Origin: Proteromonas lacertae
Taxonomy: Eukaryota
Direction of reading: 5' to 3'
Assembly (NCBI GenBank): GCA_002245135.1
Contig: NGBS01000319.1
Location: 50,591 to 70,590, forward strand
Length of the DNA stretch: 20,000 nt
The position numbers and the translations under genes are program-made. Shown here one piece after another: positions 1 to 11,355 of this stretch (position 1 is the first letter of the stretch; each line of letters begins with the position of its first letter). The notes under the pieces were generated by a model. It searched no databases. It saw nothing but the letters and a program-made list of their open reading frames with translations, and was not told the origin of the DNA.

Positions 1-85
1 AGAATTAAAATCATTTTTAGAAACATTTTCATCGATGGGAAGAATAAAGTTGGATGTATCAAAAGAATTCAAGGATGTTAAATAG
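1..85 (+). CDS. 3' end of an unidentified gene (partial)
   Basis: Open frame from position 2, ELKSFLETFSSMGRIKLDVSKEFKDVK, ending TAG at 83-85 and followed by a TTTTTGTTTATT GU-rich tract near 119-130. Confidence 0.45.
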   Translation, partial: ELKSFLETFSSMGRIKLDVSKEFKDVK

Positions 86-211
86 TTTAATATTGATAAT
101 AATCCGTCTTTGATTATCTTTTTGTTTATTTTGATACATTAGATACTAGAATGTTTAAAGTATAATTTTCCTCATTTTATTCAAAAAAATAGAAGAATAA
201 TTAATATATAA

Positions 212-1199
212 TTAACAATAATGATAATTAATTGGTTTGTAGTTTATACTTGACCAAAATACATCTTCATTTTCATCATTATTCATTCTATCATCATATT
301 GATATGTCCAATATCCTTCATACTTCAAATAAGGAATATTTAAATTTACTATCACACTTGGACTTGTCTGAGCATTATCACAACAATCATTTATAAAACT
401 ATTCAATTCTTTGTTTAGATCGATTCTATATATAACTTCATCATTATACATCAATATTAAACTTATTACATTTATTATATAGATAGATTCATTCTTTAAT
501 GTAAATTCAAAATTATAGGTGTAAGGTAATTTCGTATAAATTACATAACTACATAAGTATACTATACTTTCCTCTTTTTCTACATTCTTTTTGTCTTTCT
601 TATAACACTTTTCATCGTATTCTCTATTACAACATATTCATCATATATTTATACTTTAGAAATTTCACTGTATCTATATTCTCTTTGTGTTTTTCTAAAT
701 AGGAGTGTTTCTTTAATAGTTTGATAAAATCTTTCACTAAAACTGTCAACAATCTCATTTTCTCATTTTTTTCACTAAATGAAGATAAAGCTCTTTCAAA
801 TGAATCTTCACTCAATGATAATACGAATATCAACTGGATTAACTACTCATAAATAATACATTTAGCTTATACTGGTGGTAAGTAAGACTCTAATAGCTCA
901 AATGGGTACTATTCATATATACAAATGATAATATACCTTAGCAAAGTAGTATAAATGGATTAATGTCTTTGCAAACTCATAATCTACACTTAAAACACTT
1001 TCATCTAGTTTCAGATAAATATATATTTAAGTACTTCCACATAACATATTATTATTCAATGCCCTCTGTAAATAGTGGTTGCTACTATCAAAATTGTCTA
1101 ATTCACTCACTTCGTTTAAATATCGTAGTTTCAATATATATTCATTCACTCTCTTTCCAACTAATCAATAAAAAAAAAACTTTATATACTCGATATCAT
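212..1199 (-). CDS. Hypothetical protein, about 279 aa, 6 exons
   Basis: ATG at 1199. GT-AG introns 1161-1189, 1005-1034, 909-936, 843-872 and 624-654 (28-31 nt) join ORFs 627..833 and 212..454 into one open frame (MISIGKRVNEYILKLRYL...). No family recognised; the 3' end is uncertain. Confidence 0.7.
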
Positions 1200-1377
1200 T
1201 GTATTTATGAATATAAATCACTTTTTAAAGAAATGGGGTGTGAAAATTATATTCAAAGACCATATTCTTTAAAGTTGAAATAAAAACTCTTACAACATCA
1301 TTTTATATGAAATTTAACCATCAACATAATTTCAAACAATAAAATATAGAGATTTTCTTTCAAAATTAATTAGAATT

Positions 1378-3845
1378 TTATGCATTTTCTTTATCAGCTT
1401 TTTCTTTCAAATCTTTCTTTTCTTTCTTTTCAGCTATCTTTTTCACTTTATCAGCATTGTCTTTCTTTACTTTCACTTCTTCAGCTTCTTCTTCCTCTTC
1501 TTCTTCTTCTTTTAATTTATCAATTGCTTCATCTAATTCTTCGATTGTGATTTTACCATCTTGATTTGGTTGAATTTTATCCATTACACATTCTACATCA
1601 TCATCAGTTATATTACGATTTAAGGCGATTCTTAAAGCTTCTTTGATTTCATATCTTTCAGCTACACCATCTTTATTTTGATCTACTATTGGTTTTACTA
1701 TTTTATCACTTTCTTCGATATCTTTTTCGATTTTATCAATTATTTTATTCACATGTTTATGTAATAATTTCGCATGTCGATAGGCGATTAATTCGGATAA
1801 AGTATTATCAACTTTCTTTATTGGTAGAGTTTCATTTTGTTTCTCTTTCATATCGTCTAATTCTTCTCTTTCTAATGATACTGATGATGGTTTACTCAAA
1901 GCTAATACTTTCTCTAATGTGTCAGAATCAGCGATCTATTCATAAAATAATAATATATAAATATATTCATACAACTTCTGGAGCACTTTCTGGAGTTTTT
2001 AATACTCCTCCACCTACTTCTTTAAATAATTCTGTTTGTTCTCTTTCATTATCAATAAGTTCATTTTGTCTTCTTTTATCCTTTAACACATCTTCGATTG
2101 AAGGAGATGAAGATTCTTCTGCTACTACTTGGCTTACGACTGTATCAGTCATCTCACTAACAGCAGATAATAGATTCTTATTTATATTCTCAGGTTTAGC
2201 TGTGATTTGGAATGATCGAGATAAGATCAATAAAGACACTGGAATATTTCGAGTTATTGATAAATCTAACCATTGTTCCATTAGTTTTCGTAAACTTGTC
2301 TCTTCTAATCCTTCCCATTTCATTCCTCGCTCTTCACATGCTTCTTGCAATTCTTCCAATTCTAATTTATCTAATCCTTCATACATTATATCTTTATCAT
2401 CAGCTTTGATTGCTTTTATCTTATTTCGTAATTGGATTCGCAAAATACTATCAGGTCCATAGATGTTTGCACCCATATATCGGCATAATGCTACTAATTG
2501 AGATCGAGGCATATTATCTAATGTTAAATCATCTTTGAATAGTTGAGATATTTCGATTATTTCATTCTCATCTACTAATTCACCATTTCGAGCTTTATTA
2601 ATCATTGTTAATAATTCTTCTGCTGTTGGTTTCTTCTTTATATCACTTTCCATCACATTCTTTGCCATATGTTCCATTGTATCTTGTAAGATTTGAGCGA
2701 CTTTCATTCGAGTCTGTAATATCGTTTGTTCTCGATTTAATTTTTGATTTTGAGTTCGGAAACTTGTAGGTAACATGTTAGGGAAAAACATCAAAAAGAA
2801 TGGTAAAGTGAATTCTAAAAATGGAACTACTATAAATAAACTAAAAGGAACCATTCGAAAAGCATCAGCATAAGCTTGAGCTAATCTCTTAGATTCTCTT
2901 CTGGTTAATTCATATCCTTTTATCTTTCGAATTGCTAATTTTGTACCCATTTTCATATCATTACCAAATACTTTACAGTTTAACCATAAATGCTGTAATC
3001 CCACTTTCACTGGTCGGAATAACGTACATAACTCTAACCAACCGTCATGTGGACTTTTGAAACATAACATTAATATATCACCAAATTTCTTTATAAAATC
3101 TAAGGCTTTTTCTACTATTTTGTTTTTCTTTGAATTTTCTTTGGATTTCTTTGTTACTACTGTTGTTGATTCTGTTGTTTTAATCTCTACTGGTTTTACT
3201 TTGATTGATGTGTCTATTTTTACATCATTACTAGACAATGATGGTTTTGACACTGATTCAGTGGATTTTGGAGTGTTTGTGATTATTTCTTCTGCTTTCT
3301 TTACTGGTTCTTGAGTTTCTACTTTTGCTTCTACTGGTGCTTCCTTCTGTTTCTTTGATTTTGATTCTTTTGGCTTTTTTGTTTCTTTCTTCTTGGATTC
3401 TGTCTTATTTGGAGTATTTTCAGATGTATTAACGGCAGCTTTCTTTTTTCCTGATCTTTTAGCTTTTTTGCCTTTTCCAGCTGACTATATAAATAGAATA
3501 ATAACAATTATAAATATACCCCTCCTGCTGCAGCTTTATATAAGGGGGTTGTTGTTGACTATTCGAATCAATAATTAATAAAATGTAAAATACAATAAAA
3601 CGTTGATTTTCTAACGATAAAACAAATGGAGTTGTTGATCTGAAAAATGGTGAGTCATTTCCATTTACATTACTCTATTAGCATAAAATCCAGTTAAAAT
3701 ACGTGAATAAGTCTTACAGATAACTCTTTGACAAATACTATAAATTATTAGAGCAATAAGGTATACTTGGCGAAGTCTTGGATAACAATAGGTCTGCACT
3801 TCTAGCTAGTGTATGTTTTATTGCAAATCTAGAGGATGATAACAT
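1378..3845 (-). CDS. LETM1: LETM1/Mdm38 mitochondrial inner-membrane protein with C-terminal EF-hand-like motif
   Basis: ATG at 3845; introns 3738-3766, 3675-3702, 3559-3593, 3485-3519 and 1936-1972. LETM1 hallmarks: LTRRE, transmembrane RMVPFSLFIVVPFLEFTLPFFLMFFPNMLPTSF, DDLTLDNMPRSQLVALCRYM, ELQEACEERGM, QWLDLS. EF-hand-like QPNQDGKITIEEL. The Ser/Arg-rich N-terminus (MLSSSRFAIKHTLARS...RFISTT) looks like a presequence. Confidence 0.93.
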
Positions 3846-3915
3846 TTTCTCAAAATTCAAATTTTTAATTCTATTTTGAATAATTCAATTCTATATTGAA
3901 AATAATCAATTTCAC

Positions 3916-6089
3916 ATGAAAATAAGTGAAGATTACGGTGGTAACGGGTATATATTGAATTATAATTTATTATAGAATAATATTGCAATTAGTAGAAGCA
4001 GGATATGGAGATATCAGCTTTAATATTAATGAGACAGTTATTCAAAGTGTCAAATCCATTTTATCAATGAGAAATCCTATTTTTAAACAATTAATACAGG
4101 ATTCAAAAGACGAAAAAGTAATCACACTGAATTTATCAGTTACTTCAGATGTATTTATAGAAATAGAAAAATATTATGGTGGAGGTAAAATAATAGTGGA
4201 TGAACATAATATAATGGATATAATAAAATTCTGTTACTTTTATGAGGAACATAACCTATTCCAAAGATGTAAACACTATATTGTTAGTCATATGACCTAT
4301 GAATTAATGTTGGAAGTTTTAAAATTTATATCACTTATCCAAACAAAAGAATTTGGAAATGTTAAAACTGATTTTGATCATTACTACCAGCTACATAGTT
4401 ATATGTATTTTAATAATAATATATACCTCAATTTTGATGTAGAAAGCCTTGAATACATATTATCACTTCAGCATATAATAATAAAAAGTGAAAATTATTT
4501 ATTGGATAAAGTAGTAGAATATTATGATAAAAAAGATGAGAATAAATCCGAAAATCAAATATTATTTCGATATATCAATTTACAAGCATTAGATATGAAC
4601 CAATTAAAACCAAAAATAATGAAATTATTACTAGCTTCAATACCGAATGATGATGAAAATAATAATAATAATAATACAATAAATATTATTGAAAGATATT
4701 ATTTTCAACCTCCTGAAACTATTGATAATAACTTAAGAGAGATATTGTTGCAGAATTATATTAAAGATTATCCTATATTATATATTGATTGTGATAAACT
4801 ACATTATTATGAATATAAAGAAGAGATAATAGAATTACTAAGAAATACAAATGATATGAAGATGAAGATTATTTTAGTATTGATAATAATGGAGTTAAAA
4901 TATGAATTAGAGGATAATATTCAATTGAAAATACGTTCAGATCTGTTATTAGAATATAATAAATGTGATAATGAAAATGAAAAAGATACAATAGTGAAAT
5001 GTTTAACTTATTTTATAAATGACTGTATATATAATTTATATCTATTTTTATTATTAGTTGAAATTGTTAAAAGTATATCAAATGTAAATGGTAATGAAAT
5101 AATATATAAATTAATGAATAATAAAGACAATATAGATAGTGAATTATACAATGAAATATTAGAATATTGTAAATCACAAGTTGAAACTGAAGAAGACTAT
5201 CAAAATATAATAAAATATGTAAAAATAGATGAAGTGAGAAGAAATATAGTTACTCAACAATTGACAGTGTTTAATTACAATCAAAATGAATGTAGTTACT
5301 TTATAAATGATAATATTGAGTTAATTCCTGAATGTGATGGTTTATTCTGTCATTTTACTATTACTCCTGAATTACCAGATGGATTATCTATTGATTATAA
5401 TACTGGTGTAATTAGTGGAAAAGGTAAAGTTGGAATACAACCAAGTACATTCTTAATACAATGTACAAATAGTGTTCAATGTTTGTTCTATTCATTACAG
5501 TTAGAAATAATTGATTGTCGTTTTATAAAGAGTAATAAAAGTAATGATATTTTAATCAAAAATAATTCTCATATTATTACAAAATTCAAATCTGAGTCAG
5601 CATTTTCTTACTGTTTTCTGAATATTAAACTCACTGAATCATTCAAATATGAAATCACTTATAAAAGTCTTACTTGTGGATGTATTATGTTTGGTATAAC
5701 AAAATCAAACAATTTGAAAGATTCAGAATTATATAGAGATGACTATAATTCCTATACAATTAGGTTTGGCTTGAATTCTGGTAGATTATTAGGAATAGGA
5801 ATGAATAATAACAATAGTATATGTATAGATGATGGAGGAACACTGATTCAAAATGATAAACCAACTGAAGAGTTAAACATTTTTAACAGATTTTAAAAAT
5901 TTCAATGGAGCTATCTATAAGATTATATATGATATGAAGAACAAAGTGATTGGAGTTGAATACAATAATAATAAAAGGAATACAACAATGTTTGAAAATG
6001 TTGAATCTGAAAATGAGATATATACACCTTTCGTTGTATTGACTAGTGTTAATGATAGTGTTGAATTATTATCAATTAATAAAGAATAG
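3916..6089 (+). CDS. BTB/BACK-domain protein with putative Ig (He_PIG) module and SPRY-like C-terminus; frame break near 5890
   Basis: ATG at 3916; intron 3948-3975 and probable in-frame intron 5025-5057. N-terminus GDISFNINETVIQSVKSILSMRNPIFKQL is BTB-like, with BACK-like LEYILSLQHIIIKSENYLLDKVVEY. ITPELPDGLSIDYNTGVISG is a He_PIG signature. The ORF stops at 5896, but a coding-like +1 frame (NFNGAIYKIIYDMKNKVIGVEY...YTPFVVLTSVNDSVELL) runs to TAG at 6087-6089. Confidence 0.7.
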
Positions 6090-6179
6090 ATATTGACATT
6101 TATTTTTTGTTTAATTCAATTTAAAAAAACACAAATGTAGTGTCTTTAGTGTTAAATTGAATACTATATTTTATTTAAT

Positions 6180-6940
6180 TTATTTACATATCGCATAACT
6201 TGAAAATACGGTAAATAACTTCCTAAACCATACATTTTGGCTTTTATGAAATGAAAGGTAATACAATGCTTTATATGGAAATGGATTTAAATTTACTATA
6301 TAATTACCTACACCATTCCATAAAGTAGTAATCATTTCAATAGGACCACTGAATTTACGATATATTGGTAAAGATTCCAGTGTATATAAAGTTGTACTCT
6401 CTGGCAATAATGTCATAGCTTCTAATACAATTTGATATGCTGCAATATGATTTGGATGGTTTGAAATACCTTGAGCATCAAAAGTAATTATATTTGGTAT
6501 GTCAAATTTGTTTATAAACTCTGTAACTAGAAACGATCCATGTTGTATATTCCATTGACTCTGCATTCCATCTTGTAATAATGTATCATCAAGAATACTC
6601 ATATGATCCTCTCTTATATGGATATATTTTCCTAGCGCTCTTAATTCTTTTATTCTTTGATGACCATATCCGTCGGCATTTCCACAACTTAGACAGAGTA
6701 TGTAGATATCTGCTCCTTTCTCTTGTAACATTTGTAAAGTTGGTACCTATCAACTTAATAAATGCAAATATATACAAAGAACATGGATTCATCATCAGGA
6801 TGAGCAATTACCAAAACATACTTTTGATTCTGTAATTGATATTCTGGTGACATAATTGCTTTAGCAACATAGATCATTACAAAAGCAAATATGATCGTTG
6901 TAATCAAAAAGGTGAAGAGAATAACCAAAAATATAATCAT
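6180..6940 (-). CDS. PIGL: N-acetylglucosaminyl-phosphatidylinositol de-N-acetylase (GPI biosynthesis)
   Basis: ATG at 6940 followed by an N-terminal transmembrane helix. Intron 6747-6775 restores AHPDDESMFF|VPT. Other motifs: LCLSCGNADG and ITFDAQGISNHPNH. The C-terminus is ambiguous: stop at 6180, or a 24-nt intron 6164-6187 extending to YAILFNLTLK... near 6111. Confidence 0.92.
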
Positions 6941-6995
6941 GGTGTACAAAAATAATTTTCATAAACCTATTTTAATAATTCTTTTTTTGCTTAAT

Positions 6996-7741
6996 ATGAG
7001 TGAATATACAGAGGGTCATAAAGATTTAGCCCAATTTTTGTTTGTATTAACTATTTATAAACATATCTAGGTTTATTGCGCTGTAGAAGAGAAAGTATTA
7101 CAGAATGTTTATGACAGCTATATGAAAGTGAAGTGTAGTATGTACGTATTGAATTATTTTGTAGATAATGATTCACTGGACGAAGCAATTAATAAAATAG
7201 AGAAAAAGTTAGAGGATTTAAATTTTGGTATTGCTAAGAAATTCAAATATAAAGGTGATAAATTCTATGCTTTATATCCTGAATCTACATTAACTACAAT
7301 CACTGTTAATAAAGAATATCAAGAGTATTTTTTTATTTCACATAATATATATATATATGTAATAGAAAAACTTCAATTTTAACAGATATACTAGAAATAA
7401 TTTATGAATCATGGAAAAGTGATTATTCTTGGAATATGACTGTAAATGATATAAAAGCAACTTTAGCTGAAAAAAGAGAAAAATTGAGAGAAGATTTAGT
7501 TCAAGGATATATTGATGAATTTGTTATTTCATTGTGGCTTTATCAACAAGATGAAAATATAACAGTTGGAATTAGATCCATATTGAATTTTCCTGATTTG
7601 TTTGATAATTGTGAAGCTTGTCAAAAAACAGTAGCAGGTGAAACATATTGTCCAAATTGTGGTTGTTTTTATCATTTTCAGTGCAAAATGAGGGCTTGTA
7701 TTAAATGTAGTAAACAATTTGAAGATAATAATAGTCAGTAA
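6996..7741 (+). CDS. NSE1: Smc5/6 complex subunit Nse1 (winged-helix plus RING-like)
   Basis: ATG at 6996; introns 7044-7070, 7138-7164 and 7325-7365. N-terminal YTEGHKDLAQFLF, then GIRSILN followed by CEAC...CPNC...HFQC...CIKC, matching the Nse1 layout. Confidence 0.72.
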
Positions 7742-7840
7742 CTTTATATGTATATGTTATAACATCTCATTTATGTTTTTTCTTGTTTTTTGTATTTCAA
7801 AATATTTGTTCGTTTCAAGTAGTTTTTTATTTAAATTTAA

Positions 7841-8221
7841 ATGGGAAGTATATTTTCATCTGAACCTGTTGATTCTATTCAAACGGATAAAAAGGCTATA
7901 ACAAAGAAAATCAAAACTAAAGAAATACCAGAACCTAAAGAAGTACCTACTTTTGTTCCAATTGTGTCGGCTTATGAAGGAAGTGTTTATAAATCACCAG
8001 AAAATCCTAAAGATTATCGATTCATAGCTACTTATGAGAATAATCTCCAATTGAAGAGTATTTTCTTATATATTGATTTATAAATAGGAAATGAAGTAGT
8101 ATTGGTTAGAAAAGGTCCTAAAAATACGAATAAGCTTGTTTACTTCAGAAGAGAACCCCAAGATGTAGTTGATCAACCACCAGAACAGTATGTAGAATCT
8201 ATGTTTGCTGCACCATCATAA
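7841..8221 (+). CDS. Small hypothetical protein (about 116 aa) with N-myristoylation motif
   Basis: Starts MGSIFSS (MGxxxS). The 30-nt intron 8058-8087 joins to an open exon ending TAA at 8219-8221. Confidence 0.7.
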
Positions 8222-8390
8222 TAGTTCTGACTATACCAATAGAATAGTTTATTTAGATAATTTAGCTTACATTTTTGTTTTTTGTAATTATGTTCATTTT
8301 GCTTTTTGTTTAATGAATACTATCTTTAAAAACACACAATAAACAATATATAATATTATTAGTTATTTTTATATATATATTTTTATTTTA

Positions 8391-10696
8391 TTATTCATCT
8401 GGAACAAAATCCTCAGGTTCACAGGTAATAAAGAACAAAACAATTGAAGTAGCTATTTCTTGTGCTCTACTAGCTTCTTTAGACAATGTACTGGAAGTAC
8501 TAGGAGGAACCATCAAAGCATTAGCAAAGATCATAGCAATAATATCAGAACTCAATTCATTATCTTCAATACTTAATAACTCACGTAAAAATATGATAAT
8601 GTATAAGAAAACATTATAATGTGTTGGTGGAATATCTTCACAAAAATCAGAACTCCAAAATCCCATTCTTTCAGGATCTACTGGTTTAGTTGGAATAACT
8701 TTCCATGGTACAACATAATTATTCAATGAAGTTAAGAATTCAATTAAAACATCAGCCATTGCATGAACATCTACATTTTCAGGGAAATCTTCACTCACAT
8801 CTAATGCTTCTCTAATTGCAGCTGAATCTTCATCACTTCCATGTCCAGTGAATAATCCTTTCACATGTTTACCATGTTGATAGATATAATCAACAATTCT
8901 GTATAATTCTTTAGGGATATTTAAGACTGGTTTCATATCTAATGTTACAGGTGGACTGAATCTAACTGGACCTTCAGTTCTAATTAATTCATCAATTGTT
9001 GAACCGAAACATGATTTCATATATTGACCTGTTATACTAATGAAGAAATCTCTACCTCTTTCAGTTCTTAAGATTAATATATCTTCTAAAGAATCAACTC
9101 CACTGTTTAGATCTTGTGCTGTATTTCTATCAACAAATACAGTGATAGATAATTCACAGGATTCGCCTGGTAAGATTAATCCATAAGATGGTTCTATTTT
9201 TAACCATTGTTTACAGAAATGTGGATCTTCTAATTTATTAACAAAATGATATTTAGCTGGAACATTACCAACATTTTCAATAACCACTTTTTGAGTTGAT
9301 TTTTCATAATATTTAACATCAGAGAAATTCAATACATCTCTATTCACTTTGATTTGTGGCATTTGTGAGTTTTCAAAACTGTCCATCTTTCTCAATATAC
9401 TATCTCTCACTTCATTCATCTTCTGTTTAATCACATTACGGATTGTTACTGTAGTTGTACAATAAACAGGCTTATGATCAGATGCTTTTAAATCAAAGCT
9501 ACAACCATATTCTAATGACTTCATATGGGATGGATCTGATCCATTCGCACATCTCCATTGTACTCTATCACACCAAGCTGGAGCTCTCTTTGGTTTTTCA
9601 GGTCTTTGTTCATATTTATCAGTTAATGGTTGGTATTTATAAGTTGGAGCAAATGCTATTTTTGGTTCATAAAAGTCTTCAAATGCTAATTTTGCTTCTT
9701 TACTTACTATTAATTGATCTTTTGCTAATAAAGTCTCCATATCATGTTTTTCTAATCTTTCAAATACAGCATCGGTTGATAAATCAGTAGTAATACGATA
9801 GTTCAAATCACCAAGCCAAACTACTATATCATGATCTAATATCTTATAATTCTTTCCATCTTCATCGACTGTCTCAAACACTGTTTTATCAATAATTGTA
9901 TGGTAATTTGCATTTCTTTCATTTACTTTCTTACGATCAGCTGCTAAGTGAGAACAGATAAAGCACATTGGAGTATTTTTAATATTCATTCTTATACAAG
10001 ATGCACCTTTATTACCCATCAAACCTAACAAGCCTACAGCTGTATTGACAGACTCTATGTCTGTGATAGAATCCACTAATTCGTTCTTTACGTAAATACC
10101 TAAGAATACACCAACTAAATAAATGCTGTCTATGTAACTGTAATTTTCACCTTCTTTATTTAAACATTCTTGGAGTTTGTCAATCCATTGATGTGATCTT
10201 TCTTCACTTTCCATGGCTAATACGACTGTTGCTGCGGTTAAATCTACCATTTCTTCGAAACCTATTATATATATATCAGCATCTGGCTTGCCACTAGGTG
10301 AACCTTTCACTAACCATGGGTATGGATCTTCCTTTATTTTTTTACCATTAATATTCCATGTACCTATGAACATCTTATAATTTTCGAATTTGGTGTATTC
10401 ACCTTCTCTTCTCTTTAGTTCCTTCTTAATCCAATCTTTTTTGATAAAATCATCAATCTAGATATTAATAAAATGCAATAATTATATACATCTTCGTTTG
10501 ATTTGTTATAATTAGCATCAACATAATCGTATTTTGCTGGATGGATCAATTTTTCTGGAACTTCCTCTCTTGGTGGTGGAACTGGAATTCTAAAAACAAT
10601 AAAGCATCAAATATACTCTTGTAAATCTGTATCTTCATCTTCTTCATCCTCCTTTTGAGGGTTTAATTCTTCGTCTTTATTCTTTTTGCCAAACAT
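8391..10696 (-). CDS. OCRL: OCRL/INPP5B-type inositol polyphosphate 5-phosphatase (5-phosphatase + ASH + RhoGAP-like)
   Basis: ATG at 10696; introns 10590-10616 and 10458-10489. Motifs GTWNING, GFEEMV, GNKGA, WLGDLNYRI, PTYKY, PAWCDRV and SDHKPV. ASH domain (LEDILILRTERGRDFFISITG) and RhoGAP-like domain (IPKELYRIVDYI). Confidence 0.95.
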
Positions 10697-10800
10697 CACT
10701 TATTCAGTCCTTTATCTAAATTAGGATTCTATCCAATGAAAATCAAGATATTTTAGGCTTGAAGGCTTGTTTTAAATTGATTTGTAATTTTTATAAAATA

Positions 10801-11288
10801 ATGGTATGTAGAATCAATTATTATATACTATAAACATATATATCACTCATCCATATTTTTATCTATTCATTAATACTATTTAAATAGATATTTGTTTCAT
10901 TTTTCAAAAGTTTGGAAGGTAAAGAAGTAATCGTAGAACTAAAAAATGATATTGCAATTCGTGGAACGTATTAACTAGAATATATCATCTATTAGTTTAA
11001 TAGCAGTTGATCAATACTTAAACTTCAAATTAGGTGCAGTTAGTGTTGTAGATTCAGCCAAATACCCACAATTTGTATTTATTATAATTGTAATGTAATA
11101 TAATAGTTATCAATAAAGAATTGCTTTATAAGAGGATCAGTTGTTAGATATGTCCAAGTACCCTCAGAATACGTTGATACAGAATTACTAGAAGATATAT
11201 CCTTTGAATTATGTACTTTTAATCAATTATTTCACCTTAATTATGATTTTAAGCAGCTAGAAAAGAAGAATCACAAAATAATAAGTAA
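10801..11288 (+). CDS. LSM2: U6 snRNA-associated Sm-like protein LSm2 (missed by ORF track)
   Basis: ATG-only first exon; GT-AG introns 10804-10887, 10968-10995 and 11075-11106; U12-like intron 11197-11252. Spliced product: MIFVSFFKSLEGKEVIVELKNDIAIRGTLIAVDQYLNFKLGAVSVVDSAKYPQFLSIKNCFIRGSVVRYVQVPSEYVDTELLEDAARKEESQNNK. Confidence 0.95.
11197..11252 (+). other. U12-type (minor spliceosomal) intron with AT...AA termini as assembled, 56 nt
   Basis: 5' end ATATCCTTT; branch point TTCACCTTAAT at 11231-11241, about 12 nt from the 3' end. Removal restores the conserved LSm2 tail LLED|AARKE. Confidence 0.85.
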
Positions 11289-11355
11289 ATTTAGTTTAAT
11301 ATATATATTAATTTTGTTATTCTTTTTGTGTATTTAGATGTATATTTGATGTTTA

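Noticed and set aside
2912..2921. Perfect ATATCCTTTT on the plus strand
   Set aside because: It is antisense to conserved LETM1 coding sequence (KGYE), so it is a chance match.
1689..3578. Plus-strand ORFs 1689..2462, 2212..2409, 3057..3314 and 3393..3578, and similar shadows (963..1283, 6581..6835, 9455..9790, 12454..12642, 13065..13331, 16727..16972)
   Set aside because: They are antisense shadows of well-supported genes and have no recognisable motifs.
6105..6190. Stop codons created by polyadenylation (known in Blastocystis), suggested by TGTTT/TGTGTT tracts downstream of most genes
   Set aside because: Every gene modelled here has a genomic stop. PIG-L is the only ambiguous end, and I could not place an in-frame T or TA at the expected distance from its TGTGTTTT tract; poly(A) reads are needed.
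8838..8864. Missing arginine finger in the RhoGAP domain (GLFTGHG)
   Set aside because: A catalytically inactive RhoGAP domain is the established norm for OCRL/INPP5B.
10804..10887. Unusually long (84 nt) first intron of LSm2 as a possible snoRNA host
   Set aside because: No C/D boxes or convincing H/ACA hairpins are visible.
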